64,000 nucleotides of DNA from Trichosphaerium sp. ATCC 40318 (taxonomy: Eukaryota > Protista > Tubulinea), in assembly GCA_038496445.1 (NCBI GenBank), contig JALMLS010000215.1, positions 1-64,000 on the forward strand. The letters run 5' to 3'. Every line of letters starts with the position of its first letter. Within the stretch, counting starts at the first letter, position 1. Positions 27,894 through 39,990 of this stretch are shown here, piece by piece. The position numbers and the translations under genes are program-made. The notes under the pieces were generated by a model, which saw nothing but the letters and a program-made list of their open reading frames with translations, searched no databases and was not told the DNA's origin.

Positions 27894-29527
27894 ATGCCAA
27901 AAGGTTCAAATAAAACAATGGAACAACCAAAACAACCAGAAAAAGTGGCAGCAAAAGTGATAGTGGTAGGAGAATCTGGTAAGCCACGTGATAGTTGCAG
28001 TCATATTACGCTTTGCTCACTGGTTTCGCTCTAGGTGTTGGAAAAACCTCTATTTTGTGCAGATACGTTTATAATGATTACAGGAGTAATAGGAGTACTA
28101 TAGCAGCAGAATTTGTACGTCAGAAGCAACTTCGCTTTCTTTTTATTTGAAAACCTGACTTTCATTTTAAAACGGGTACATTTTTGACTTTGGCCTCGTG
28201 TTGACTTCTTCCTGTAACTCTTTTTTAGCTTTTAAAGGAAGTGTCAGGCAAGACCATTCAAACTGTTAAACTTCAGTTATGGGAGTACGTCATAGATACC
28301 ACTACAATTTACCTTAGTGCCCTTTAGCACAGCTGGTAGGGAACAATTCAACAGCCCTAGTGGTAGGCAATATTTTTTCTTCATGTTTCTTAATGTTTTT
28401 AACTAGTATGGTTTTACCGTGGTGCACATGTAGCACTACTGGTTTTCGACATCGGATCTAAGAGATCGTTTGACTACCTCGACAAACAAATAAAGGAAGT
28501 TTTAAAGTACCAAAAAGAACCAACAGATGTACGTGGAATAGCACATAATTGGCGACGCTGTGTCATTTGCTAACCACTTTGCAACATAGGTTAAATGTAT
28601 TGTAATAGGTAATAAATGCGATCTAGATGATAGACAAGTATCAGAGAAAGAAATACAAGAACTTGTTACATATTGGGAGTCCATATTATGAAGTTAGCGC
28701 TAAAACGGTACATACATTAGCTATTAGTTATGAAGCCAGTTGTAGGTTCAATCCTACAACTTTGACCTAGTTCGTGTCGGAGCAGTGAACCTAAAAACTA
28801 TGCTACGAGCGTCAATTGTTCCTTAGAACGCCTTAAGGCTAATACCATTGAAACTGCCACCCATTTAACGTTGTAATTACTAACTCTTGGTTTTTTTGAA
28901 GGGACAAAACGTTCACGAAATGTTTGCAGATGTAGCACGTGTGGCTGAGACTTTATTGCTACCCAAATCTGAGCCTATTGTCCAAATGAAGGAGCCTACA
29001 CAGGACCAAAATAGAGGTTTGTTTAGCTACCTAGGGTCGTGGTTTGATATAAATAAAAGCCGTTTTATATGCACGTTGTTAATTCAATTAAAAAAAAGAA
29101 TTAATATACATTAACCTTCGTATCGAGAATCGCTGAAGTGATGGTTCGAAGTTCTAGTTTGCGAACTATTCCCCGAGAAAAACCTGTGTTCAAAGGGTCT
29201 ATGAAAGTCGTGCCGTATTTTCACGTGACTTACTGTAACACGTTATTACACCCACCAGTGAACCTAAAAAAATGCTAAGAGCGTCAAGGTTCCTTAGAAC
29301 GCTTAAGGCTAATACCATTGAAACTACCACCCATTTAACGTTGTAATTACTAACTCTTGGTTTTTTTGAAGGGACAAAACGTTCACGAAATGTTTGCAGA
29401 TGTAGCACGTGTGGCTGAGACTTTATTGCTACCCAAATCTGAGCCTATTGTCCAAATGAAGGAGCCTACACAGGACCAAAATAGAGGTTTGTTTAGCTAC
29501 CTAGGGTCGTGGTTTGGATATAAATAA
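27894..29527 (+). CDS. Atypical Rab-like GTPase (DTAGRE; no C-terminal Cys); last exon present twice
   Basis: VVGESG|VGKTS, STIAAEF, LQLWD|TAGREQF, FYRGAH, IGNKCDL and EVSAKT; the second copy of the last exon ends GSWFGYK*. Confidence 0.8.
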
Positions 29528-29727
29528 AAGCCGTTTTATATGCACGTTGTTAATTCAATTAAAAAAAAGAATTAATATACATTAACCTTCGTATCGAGAA
29601 TCGCTGAAGTGATGGTTCGAAGTTCTAGTTTGCGAACTATTCCCCGAGAAAAACCTGTGTTCAAAGGGTCTATGAAAGTCGTGCCGTATTTTCACGTGAA
29701 TTACTGTAACACGTTATTACACCCACC
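28784..29727 (+). repeat. Tandem direct duplication, unit ~471 bp
   Basis: cagtgaacctaaaaa..acgttattacacccacc occurs at ~28784-29255 and ~29255-29727, nearly identical. Confidence 0.9.
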
Positions 29728-30319
29728 ATGGCTGAAAAAAAGAAAAAGGAAGTTCTTTACAAGGATAAATACATAACGCTAACGCATAACTACTTACGGA
29801 TAAGAAACTACTATGCTTCGCCTGGATCTAAGACGATTAAACTTAAAAATATAACATACGTAAAGGATGTAAGAGGCATGGGACTCAGATATACAGACTA
29901 TCATTATTGGGGTATCAGAGAATGAGATTAATTTTTTTTTCTTATCGAAACTTCTTTTGAGTTTTTTGCTTATGACGCGTTAGGTATGGGTACAACTAAT
30001 ATATGGTGGGCTCTTGGACCAAGAATAAAGTTTTCTTCATGTGAGAACGCGCTTGTTAAAGTAAAAGGCGATAAGATTAAGAAGGGGTTTACTGTACAAC
30101 ATATAAACGTACGCACAATATTTTTAAAAGTTAAGATCTTTTTTACTCCGATTTGGTATCACGTGATAAGACACGTGTTTTTTTTTCTTCTGAATACGTT
30201 TTTAATATCTTGTAGGAATTTTTTAGAGCGTTACAAGGCGCCCAGGGATTAAAAGTGAGTTGTTAGTAAACACTTAACTGGTTACTAATGAAATTGACTA
30301 GGATTGGAAACATGATTGA
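29728..30319 (+). CDS. Small conserved-type protein (possibly PH-like fold), 4 exons
   Basis: MAEKKKKEVLYKDKYITLT..NYY..SKTI..YW|GMGTTNIWWA..KKGFTV|EFFRALQGAQGLK|DWKHD*, joined by clean GT-AG introns. Confidence 0.65.
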
Positions 30320-30449
30320 TTGGGTTCCTTCTTTCGGATTTCAAGCTTTTGTCTCAACTGTAAATAAAAAGATTCGACAAAAACGCCTTAGCTTTTCACG
30401 TTGTCCATCAACCTTTTAGTTTTTCCAGATAAACTAGTCTGTGTGTGAA

Positions 30450-31417
30450 GCGCGATCCATGTTGATGGCGTACAAAACGGAGAATGCAAAGAGTGGCATA
30501 AAAATGCAAGATTGAAATTGGAGTGCAGTTTTTCGAATGGAAAACGAGAAGGCGAATGCAAGAGTTGGTTTGCCAATGGCCGAAGGCAAGAGAAATGCAG
30601 ATTCGAGGGTGGAAAAAAGTGTGGCGACTTGCAGATTTGGTATAACTCTGGTACACTGAAAGTAGAAGATACATTCTGTCAACAAACAGGTGAATACAAA
30701 GAATGGCATGATGATGGCACGAGATTTGAGCAATATTTCTTCATAGATCATAAGAAACATGGAGAGGCAAAGCTTTGGTATCCAAATGGCCAATTGGGCT
30801 CACACAGCATGTATTCGAACGAAGAAAAGAACGGGACGTGCCGGCAATGGTCCAACACTGGTATAATATTAACGTCTGAGCGTAATTATGTCAATGGTAA
30901 AGCAGATGGAGAATATAAATCTTGGGAGGATGACGGCAAAATAGCTTTTCATTATTTTTATAAAAATGATAAATTGCACGGAGAATTCAAGCGTTACTAC
31001 GATGGAAAGCTAGAAGAGCAATATACGTATAAACATGGTAAAATTGATGGGGTGTCCAGAAGTTGGTATGCGAGCGGCAAATTGGAAACGCACCTCTTTT
31101 ATGTCAATGACAAGCGTTGTGGGGAATACAAAAGGTGGTTTAGTAACGGTAAATTGAGGGAGCATTGCCATTACATCAATGACAAACTACATGGTGAATG
31201 CAAGAGTGGTACGAAAGTGGACTGCTTAAAGCACGATCTATGTTTGTTGATGGCATACAAAACGGAGAATGCAAAGAGTGGCATGAAAATGCAAGATTGC
31301 AATTGGAGTGCAGTTTTTCGAATGGAAAACGAGAAGGCGAATGAAAGAGTTGGTGGAAAAGGTGGACGCCAAATGGCGAGATTAAGGAGCATTTCTTCTT
31401 TGAAAATGATGTCATAA
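30450..31417 (+). pseudogene. Intronless MORN-variant (YwqK-like) repeat gene, damaged
   Basis: Repeats of Y.NGK.HGE.K.WY.NG.L; no ATG in frame (TGA at 30446); 1-nt frameshift near 31203; TGC>TGA near 31342; internal ~110-bp duplication (~30460 and ~31244). Confidence 0.7.
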
Positions 31418-31613
31418 AGATACCCTAAAAAGTTGTTTGTGAGTTTTGATGGCTACTGGAGCTCACAGGCAGGGATCCTATACTCTGTTTGTAGTTATTA
31501 TGTGACAGAAGTTCTGGTGTAATTGTATGTAGTAGGATTTTGCAACCTGAAATTATTCAAAATAAAAGTTATTACCATTATGGTTTTAAAGTAACAATAC
31601 TGCACCAGTTACT

Positions 31614-33123
31614 TTAGAGGTCAGGTATACCTGTATGGTACTGCCCTGAAGAGTATTCTATAAAAGAGTCTAAATAATCTACACCACGAGCGCCAGCTCT
31701 TGTAAGACGGCGATCAGTATCTTCAGAAAATCTAAAAGTATCCAAAGACTTTTCAACAGCATACAGGCCTTTTAGTGATAGAAAAGCTTCATCTGAGACT
31801 TGGTCACAGTTTTTGAGACCAATTGTATGAATACGTGATAGCGCTCTTACTCCTTCATCTGTAACTGCAGTACCATCAAGATTAATTGCATGCACTCCCT
31901 TCAATGCTTTGATACCTACATCTGTAACTGAAGTACGAGCAAGGTCAATGGAATGAACACCTGCAAGCGCTTTGATTCCTTCATCTGTCACTAAAGTGTC
32001 TCCAAGATGAATACTATGAACACTTGCAAGTGCTTTTACACCTTCATCTGTGACTGATGTTGTGTTAAGGAAGGCAGTATGAACTCCCTTCAGCGCTTTA
32101 ATACCTTCATCTGTTACTGCCGTTCTTTCAAGATAAATGGTGTGAACCCCGCTCAGTTCTTTTACACCTTCATCCGTCACTTGACTGGCACTAAGGTTAA
32201 TAGTATGAACACCCTTTAGTGACTTGATACCTTCATCTGTTACATTTTTGCAATCTAAAAGATTAATTGTATGTACTCCAGCAAGTGCTTTGATTCCATC
32301 ATCTGCCACCAATGTGGAAGTAAGATCAATTGTATGAACACCTTTCAGTGCCTTGAGACCACTATCTGTAACGTTTTTACAACGACAAAGACAAATAGAA
32401 TGTACTCCTGCAAGTGCTTTCAGATCATTATCATTGATAACTCCATTTTTCTTAATTCCCACATATCTTAACTTTCTGTTTTGTTTGAATGAAGTATCAA
32501 TGTATTTACATCCAGACAACAACGAATACAAAGTATTGTTTTCAACATTCATCACAATGACACTGTTGTTCATGACACCTTTGTACTGTCTGACCTTTAA
32601 GATGTCTGGAATGTCGTAGATATACACTCTCTCATATCCAACAACATGATGAATGATATCAGCCATCAAACGACATGACTGAGCAACACCAAATCTTGCC
32701 TTAGCTTCTGTATGATGAAGAATCGTGGATATAACTTCTGGTGGGAAATTAAGAATGTTCACTACTTTATGTGGACGAGTTTGTGTTCTTTTAAATTGTA
32801 CAATGTTAGTATCTTGAATATTTCAGTATCAGAACGTACTTTCTTAGTTGCTTTTGCTTTGGTAGCGACAAGTCTTCGGATTGCGTCACAGGTATAACTG
32901 TTGGTACTGGTACTGTGTGCTCTTCGGGTGTAGAAGTCTCCGTGGTTTTAAAGAGATATTGGTCGATTTGGTGTAAAAGGTTCTTGTTTGCAATGTTTAA
33001 GACATTTTCAAGCTGGTTTATGAACACTTTACGTTGTTTTGTGCTGATTTTACTAAACTCTTCTTTGTGGTTGCTGTGATAGTATGTGATTGCTTGCTCC
33101 ACTGAAACGCCTGGTAAATTCAT
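31614..33123 (-). CDS. F-box + GVHxIxL LRR protein with an added 5' exon (intron 32788-32839)
   Basis: Exon 1 (33123-32840) joins in frame via GTACGT..TACTAAC..AAG to NILNFPPEVISTIL and about 11 VTDEGIKALxGVHxIxL repeats. Confidence 0.85.
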
Positions 33124-33262
33124 CTGTTTGAGTGTGTCTCGTTGCTAAAATGAAAATAGAAACCAAGTTCACCGTTAAGTAGCAAATGGAAGTCAAAGTT
33201 ACAAAAGTTTACATTTTGGGCGATCTCTTTTGCTGTTTATTTCATTATTTTTAAAAAAAAGT

Positions 33263-33945
33263 TTACTTTGTAGAGCTCTTTACAGCTTCACGAATAACGT
33301 AATTCAAAACACCACCATTCTAGCGAGGAAAAAATTATGCATATTTGACATGACAAAAAAAAGAAAGGTGTCGCTTACTTTGTAGTATGTAACTTCAGAA
33401 GCAGTGTCAAGCTTTAATACTGCCTTGAAGCTTGTTACATCCTTGTTACCAGCAACATTAATAGTGACTTCTTGACGTGGCTTAATATCGGCAGTTAAGT
33501 CGAATGAAAATTTCTCTTTTCCAGTCAAGCCCAATTTATCAGCATCGGTACCCTCAACAAATTCAAGAGGTATTACACCGAATAGAACAAGGTTAGAACG
33601 GTGAATCCTGATATGAATTAGTACAAAGACAACACGTAATAAAGAAAAAGTCTCACCTTTCAAAAGATGTTGCGATTACTGCTTTTACACTTGCATCCAT
33701 GTTCCCTCTAAACGCTGGTAAGAAAAACGGCAAGAAATTATTTGTTCATCAGGCCGTCTTGCTGCCCAATCTCTTGAACTTCCAGAACCGTATTGTGCGC
33801 CAGCCAAGATGATCATTACCCTACAATTGATTAACATTCGAAGCAGAGGTGATTCCATACCTTGTACTTTTCAGCAGCGTCAAATACGTCCATAATTTCA
33901 CCAGATGGAATGTGAAGAGTCTTTGGAGCAGCTTTACCGACAAAC
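33263..33945 (-). pseudogene. Aconitase A/IRP1 C-terminal (swivel) fragment
   Basis: LAGAQYGSGSSRDWAA, KAVIATSFE|RIHRSNLV and YYK|NGGVLNYVIR; 5' part missing, one donor reads GACGG instead of GT, and a frameshift at CAAGTGTAA. Confidence 0.75.
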
Positions 33946-34125
33946 TAAGGAATATGAGTACTAAGTTCATTGCAGATTTGAATTAGAATTTTTTTGCTAG
34001 CAAAATATTAACTTGAGTAATGCATAGCTCGCCTAACGTTTGACAGTCTGTTCTGATCACAAAATTGACATGTGAAGGCGAGAAGGAACTTGACCTGTAT
34101 ATCTTGGGCACGGTGAACACAAAAC

Positions 34126-36336
34126 ATGGGAAACTACACCTACGCCATTTTACTAGCGTTTGTAGTGTACTTTTGTACTATAACGCGCGCAAACGGTTCA
34201 TACAACGTGCATGAAGCTACAATAAAACGAGTACATGAAGCTATACTCTCTGGCGAGAGCTGTACAAGTAAGACCGCACGTGCACCTATTAGACATTTTT
34301 TAAACAATAGACAGGCATTGTAACAAAGCATTTGGCTCATATAGAAGCGAACGACGCACAGCAGAAAGCATACAACGCTATGACTGCCATCAACAATGAC
34401 GCACTTAAGTAGGCTCAACTTTATGATGTTGTGGTAATGTATCCACTAGGAGAGCCGCAGAATTAGATGCTCTGATAAACTCGAAGGCTATCCTTCAGAA
34501 GGTTTTAGCAGAAATGCCACTGTTCTGTGTTCCAACAGTCGTAAAGGATAACATTAACTTTGAAGGCAAGTTTTCAAGATTATCGTCTGGCTATGTGTAT
34601 GTGTAGCTCATTGAAATTTAAGGAATGGCAACTACAACTAGCGTTGAAGCGTTGCGCGATGTCATGCCGCTCCAAACCGCACCAGTGCTTGAAGTCATGA
34701 TAAACAAAGGTCAAGTTAAATTTATGTTTTTCCTCTTTTTTTCTTAGCATTGATGTTCAAGCAGGAGTTGTTGTGCTTGGTAAGACAAACCTGGCTGAAT
34801 TTGCCATGTCACGACAAAACACAATCAGGTAATACTAGTGGACTTTTATAATTGCAGCAAAAATGCCGTTCTCACGACATTGTTTATTGAAGTTACACTT
34901 TTATAGTTCTTTCGGTGGGCAAACAAAAAACGCTTATGGAACTTCAATTTATACCCCTTACGGTTCAAGTGGGGGAACAGGAACTGCAGTAACTGCAAGT
35001 TATGGTGTTCTAGGTCTTGGATCAGGTACATAGTTACTGAGTGACTGTTTTGTTGATCTAAGTGTTTAAGATTCTTCTGGTTCTATTCAAATGCCATCAA
35101 GTGCAGCTGCTATTGTGGGTATTCGGCCTACGAAAGGACTTATTTCAACAGAAGGAGTGTCACCGCTTATGATATTCGCTGATGTTATTGGACCTATGTG
35201 TCGTACAGTTGAAGATGTTGCAGCACTCTTCGAAGTTACTACTTTTGAAGCTCTTTTATTTTGTTTTAACAAGTGTAGGTAATGGTAGATGACCACTCTG
35301 ATTCTGGAATTGACTATCTGCGTTATGTAAATATACACGGACTTAAGGATACTAGAATTGGTTTTGCTGTTGAGACTCTAGAGCGTGGAATACCAGATAG
35401 AGAGGTATCAACTTTATTTCCGTCACATTACAAAAAATTATGTGTTGAGTCAAGTTTTTGTTTGAACAGTTATTAACCATGGTTCATTTGCGATTCTTAC
35501 CACCTTATGTAGGTTGAAGTATTGGTTAGATCAGCTATTAGTGCAATGGAAAATGGTGGGGCTGAGGTTGTTAACATTCAATTTATAGATGAATTTGATG
35601 TAATAGAAAGGAAAGGAAATCAATATTATCAAAATGCTCCCCACCAGTACGAAATATGTTAATTCCTATTCTCACTGTTTTCAAAGCAATTATTTTACTT
35701 CTTTAACGAATATTTGGAGACGACAACTTCAAGTGATCTTAATCTGCGAGATATCTATGAGTCAGGTTAGTCAAGAAAGTCTAAAAATTAACGATTTGTA
35801 CTTCACCGATTCGAAACTTAGCTGTTTCTCCTTTTTTTATATTTTGAAAGAATGAACATGTTCTCAATGGTACTGCCAATAGGTCAATTTCTGGATTTTG
35901 TTAGACCGAGTTTGCAACGTGCTGTAGCAAGTAATGCAACAAGTGATCCTATGGGTAACGAAGATTGCAGAAACATGCTATCATTAAAAGCAGAAGCTGC
36001 CGACTTTCTCGATTTTATCATTGACAATAACAACTTGGATGCTATTGTGTTTCCTCTTGTTAATCAACCGCCTTATAGCCCTCCTGGGAGTTCTACACCT
36101 CCTGGTATAGCACAAGTATAAAAACCATTACTTACAACCTTCTTTTAGGCTACAGGCAGTTCTCTTATATTGCGCCTTTTGCAGGATTTCCGACTATCAC
36201 TGTGCCTATTGGTAACACAAACAACGATCTACCTGTTGGCCTCAACATCATGGCGAAACGATTTGAAGAGCCAATGCTTATCAAGCTAGCATCAGGGTTA
36301 GAACATGAAATCAGCGGTAGGATACCACCAAAGTAA
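34126..36336 (+). CDS. Secreted amidase-signature family enzyme
   Basis: Signal peptide; VVKDNI, LGKTNLAEF, YGSSGGTG, GS|DSSGSIQMPSS, VGIRPTKGLIS and DLPVGLNIM. Confidence 0.9.
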
Positions 36337-36459
36337 AAGAGTTAGTTTGATCATCATTGTTACAACTTCCATCCTTGAATGACACGGACAATACCTGTTA
36401 CTTTAGTAGTAAATTTATTATTGTGACAACCATCTAATACATAGCTTTCGTTCTTTTCC

Positions 36460-37000
36460 TAATATACACTGGTGGAAGTGTAGTCTGTGTAGATGTCGTA
36501 AGTGCCAGTAGTTGGTGGATATGTCGTAGGTGCTGCTGTTGTAGGTGGAGCTGTTGTAGGTTCTGTTGTATATGTCGTAGGTGCTGCTGTTGTTGGTGGA
36601 GCTGTTGTAGGTTCGAGTGTAGTCGGTGGTGAAATCACGTGGGTTTGAAACGGTTGGATTCACTCGACAGGCGTGAGGGTAGCTCACATTTAAAAAATGA
36701 CAATTTGCAAGATCTGTTAGAAGTGTCAAATCCGTCAGATCTGACAGATCAGGCAGAAACTGGATTTTTTTTGCTAAAAGTCAGTCTGTCTCAAAACTTG
36801 AATGAAACAGACAATATACTAACATTAACATATCAATCAGAGCAATTGTTGCAATTTGTCGGTTTATGGGGTCCTTTGAATTCTCGCTTTACTTTGTGCT
36901 TCAGGAGGGTCGATGTAACAGACAACATACCGAACAGGGCACAGTTAACTTACTTGCATTCTCTACAGAGAATGACTTCGAACATAATGCTACATTGTCC
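36460..37000 (-). other. Pro/Thr-rich (mucin-like) terminal exon of a gene with no identifiable start
   Basis: Frame reads SPPTTLEPTTAPPTTAAPTTYTTEPTTAPPTTAAPTTYPPTT..VY*, with a 48-bp internal duplication. Confidence 0.45.
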
Positions 37001-37042
37001 TACGCAGTGAATTGTATTAAGCAAGGAAACTTAGTGTACAAT

Positions 37043-37440
37043 AGCAACAATCAATCTAGTTTTAATGTGTTAAGGTTAGATACTTAAACAACAATAGCAA
37101 CAATCAATCTAGATAAAGTACATTAAGGATGTGTGCTTAAACTACGAAAGCAACAATCAATCTAGATAAGGTGCATTAAGGATGTGCTTAAAGTGTAATA
37201 GCAACAATCAATCTAGATAAAGTGTATTAAGGATGTGTGCTTAATGCATAATGGCAACAATTGATCTAAGTACACATCCTTAATCAGATTCTGAAGGTGA
37301 TTGAAAAGTTGTACTTTGATACGGGCTATTTCACTTTAAGTTGATGTCCTTAACCAACAATGCATAATCAATCACTGAGTTATATTGATACGGGCTATTT
37401 CATTTTAAGTACACGTGCTTAACCATATTGAGATTGATAA
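37043..37440. repeat. Minisatellite-like array: 5 x ~53 bp, then 2 x ~69 bp with an inverted shared core
   Basis: agcaacaatcaatctag at 37043, 37096, 37149, 37200 and (variant) 37253; tgatacgggctatttca at 37317 and 37386; ttaaggatgtgt.ctta reappears inverted from ~37268. Confidence 0.85.
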
Positions 37441-38058
37441 AACTACAACTACAAACAGCTCAAGGCCCAATCCTTTACAAGTTGAAGTATAAATCCATAT
37501 TCAAATGCGTCACTATTAGGGTTATTATGTGTATAAGTAGTGGTACTTAACTAATTGTAGTTATTGGTGCAAGCGGAATTAACAATTAAGACGTTGTTAT
37601 TTGTTAAGCCCTTTATTCCTAACTTTGATTACAACGTTTCTAAAGATTTTACTCTCAGGTTTGTGAGTGAAAATAAGCGTAAAGAATACAAAGTTCCGAA
37701 AAAGTTAAAAGATGAACAATGGTGGATAGATCTTGGTCTTTATTCCCAATAACAATAGTCGTATTGTTATGGAGCGTAGCACAATAACTACAGTTATAGT
37801 TCTAGAAAATTCACAGTTGTACTAGATTAAAAAACAAGTACATATCAAAACTACAAAATTATGTGTTACGTATGTTAAAATGTTCTACCTCAAGTGCAGG
37901 CTATTTCTACGCATAGAAAGTGATAAAAAATGGTTTTAAAAAAAAAAATCACATGTGGCTCATATTGTCAAAAAAAACGTCACCACTAGCAGTGTCAACG
38001 TATTTCTTTCCATTGACAACAAAGCTACAGCCTCCGCCAAGCCAAGTATTACAACGAA

Positions 38059-38980
38059 ATGAAAAGCACTAATCATATTCGCAAATACATACGTCACTTA
38101 TTCAATCCTGTTAACACAAAAAAGAGAAATCAAGGTGTATTTGACCTTATTTCACTTCCAGTTGAATTAATAGTTCATATTCTGAAGCAAGGTACATATA
38201 CACTCCCTTCAGCCCAAACTTGCCACTTTCTCCGTGATATCGTTCACAACCATGTTGGATACAATGAAATCATTGTTAATTGCAACCACGGAGTTTCGCT
38301 GCTTTCTGGTAGTACTGCAAAATACACCAATTTCTTTTGGACGATTTGAGCCAACCGACAGTGACTTGCGTTTAATTGCAGGAGTACACACTATTAATAT
38401 CAGTTTTTGCCGTTTAATAACAGACGAGGGTATCAAAGCATTAGCTGGAGTATGTGGTATTAATTTGGAACATACGAATGTTACAGATGAGGGTTTGAAG
38501 GCGTTGGCAGGAGTACACACTATTAACCTCAGTTTTTGCTGTGAAATAACAGATGAGGGCATCGAGGCATTAACTGGAGTACATGATATTAATTTGGAAG
38601 ATACAAATGTTACAGATGAGGGTTTGAAGTCATTGGCAGGAGTACACACTATTAACCTCAGGTTTTGCTGTGAAATAACAGATGAGGGTATCAAAGCATT
38701 AGCTGGAGTATATAAAATAAATTTGCGAGATACAGATGTTACAGATGAGGGTGTCAAAGCATTAGTTGGAGTACATGAAATAAATTTGCGAGATACAAAT
38801 GTTACAGATGAGGGTATCAAAGCATTAGCTGGAGTATATGAAATAAATTTGCGAAATACAAGTGTTACAGATGAGGGTTTGAAGGCATTAGCTGGAGTGT
38901 ACAAAATAGATTTGCGAAATGCAAATGTTACAGATGAAGGTTTGAAGGCGCTAGCAGGCGTACACACTATCACTATCTAA
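38059..38980 (+). pseudogene. F-box + GVHxIxL LRR gene with a 5-nt deletion frameshift at ~38312
   Basis: ggtagtactg here versus ggtag-tccat-tactg in the 63752 paralogue; F-box LISLPVELIVHIL in one frame and about 10 LRRs in another. Confidence 0.8.
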
Positions 38981-39123
38981 ATTGAAAGAAGTAAAAACTC
39001 CATTAGAAGGACTCCATACAACCACAGTATTTGATTCTCCATGCTCACTCCCATTCGTTCTTGGTGAGTAAACTTGACACAAAAAATTGTGCAAACTTGC
39101 AATTAGTCGTTGCACACGTATAC

Positions 39124-39390
39124 TTAAGGGAAGCATCGCTTTTGAGACAGTTTCTAGAAATTCCGAAATTTTTGAAAAAGGTTTTGAAAACAATTTCTTT
39201 GCCTGTCGGTACTTTTCCTCGGCACAGCCAGAACGAAAGGCAAAATGTTTTTTAATCCTATAAGTATAGAATACTAGCTAAAAGTTAAAAATACCAATTT
39301 AAAGTTAAGACGGTTCTGAGGTGAGTAAAAACGTATTCTCGAACTCCCATAAATATCTAAAATGGCGTAATTTTCGAAACTGTCTCAAAA
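39124..39390. mobile_element. MITE-like element, copy 2, with ~22-bp inverted repeats
   Basis: ttttgagacagtttctagaaatt (39140-39162) versus aattttcgaaactgtctcaaaa (39369-39390); homologous to 24227-24415. Confidence 0.65.
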
Positions 39391-39990
39391 CCTTAGAACG
39401 TTTCTCAAATGTAGTGTGTTAAAATAAACATCTTAGGTGCTTAAATGGTTACCAGGTGCGTTACCAAATATACTAAAACAGAACTCAAAAAAGAGAAACT
39501 ATGTGTCAAACATAAAGAGTGTTCTTTAGAACTCTCAGTGAGCATTTTTCGTGAACAGACCAAAAAAAGCAAGAGTGTAAAAACTGTATTTCTCTGATAC
39601 AACCGATCATCCTAAACCCAAGATGTTTCAATAGGTTTGCAGAGAGCGAATTAACTGCAGTGCCTAATGTATGGAACAAGTCACTTTGCAATGTCTTAGG
39701 GTCGACAGTCAGCGATGGTACGCACTTATATTCAGTCATCATGTCAGCTGTATCTGCGCATTGAAAAACCAAACGGCTGCTTACCTCTAGATTCACGTGT
39801 TTTATTTTAAGTGGAGAAGATTATGAAGTCGTGTCAATGTACATGGGAGATAATGTTAGAAGCTGTATTCCATCCAACAATAACATTACTGGAAAGGTTT
39901 CCACCGATAAGGTAAGCCCTTTTTTTTTTCCTTTCTTTGGCAGAAACTGTTTATAACATCGCTCAAATACTATTTTATTTAAGACACTAC

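Noticed and set aside
28284-28327. Second U12-type intron in the atypical Rab gene
   Set aside because: It has a CCTTAG-like branch sequence, but the donor is the ordinary GTACGT.
37043-37290. CRISPR-like periodic array
   Set aside because: The sequences between the constant 17-mers are similar to one another rather than unique spacers; no cas genes; eukaryotic context.
38290-38350. Programmed frameshift or tiny intron joining the F-box and LRR frames
   Set aside because: The paralogue shows a simple 5-nt deletion; no slippery site or splice signals.
38209-38973. Long antisense ORFs over the LRR and MORN repeats (also 63166-63609, 62880-63152, 30434-30793)
   Set aside because: Shadow frames of repetitive coding sequence with no independent signal.
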